Part shown: piece by piece, positions 63,650 to 64,000 of the stretch
Numbering within the stretch: position 1 is the stretch's first letter
Layout: every line of letters begins with the position of its first letter
Assembly: GCF_032191835.1 (NCBI RefSeq)
Contig: NC_083235.1
Location: 46,376,001 to 46,440,000 of the forward strand
Direction of reading: 5' to 3'
Length of the DNA stretch: 64,000 bases
DNA from: Heteronotia binoei
Taxonomy: Eukaryota
Position numbers and translations under genes: made by a program
The notes under the pieces: generated by a model
Database searches by the model: none
What the model was told of the DNA's origin: nothing
Seen by the model: only the letters and a program-made list of their open reading frames with translations

Positions 63650-64000
63650 GTCAGTCCAACAGCGCCCTAAACTGAGCGTTCCTCCCTTTCATCAACAAGC
63701 CCCGCCTTATCCCTCAGCACACCCACCACTAAGGGCCAGCCCTGCTCAGGCGCAGACCTTCCGGCACTCCGGGGTCTCCTTTGTCTGTCAGAGGAGGGAG
63801 CGAAGCCCGAGGAAGATTGGCCAGGCGGCTAGAGCGGCTCTTTCCGCAGGTTTCCTTGTGAGCCTGCCCTGTGCTGGCGGATTCTCGCATCCGGGTTGAA
63901 GCTGGCGCGTTTCCTGTGGCGGCGGTCGGGAATAATAAGGACAGGGGTTTCCAGAAAGTGGCCTCGTTGGCGTCGGGCCTAGAAGGAGGTATGTGATGAC
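63650..64000. promoter_or_regulatory. CpG island, probable promoter of the next gene (identity not visible here)
   Basis: Abrupt GC/CpG enrichment with GC-box and ETS-like TTTCC motifs; candidate plus-strand donor GAG|GTATGT at about 63990. Confidence 0.6.

Overview
Vertebrate genomic DNA, most likely a squamate and probably a gecko (inferred from Sauria-type and gecko-type SINEs). Three conserved housekeeping genes lie on the minus strand. CS contributes only its first coding exon and CpG promoter (about 13.1 kb). CNPY2 is complete (5 coding exons, 186 aa, ending in HDEL). NABP2/SSB1 is complete (6 coding exons, 212 aa). A further CpG island, probably a promoter, sits at the right edge. Introns and intergenic DNA are dense in transposons: L2- and CR1-type LINE fragments, tRNA- and 5S-derived SINEs, many hAT MITEs with 8-bp TSDs, and a decayed DIRS1 element beside the CNPY2 promoter. 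The standout is a full-length, apparently intact and very recent Ty1/copia LTR retrotransposon (55528-60359). It has 398-bp LTRs identical by eye, a GGTCC TSD and one 1293-aa gag-pol ORF. It is inserted inside a SINE. Its primer-binding site matches the anticodon-cleaved 5' half of initiator tRNA-Met, with additional possible pairing boxes, and its RT motif is an atypical FVDD. All calls come from reading and translating by eye and from recalled family sequences; no database searches were run.
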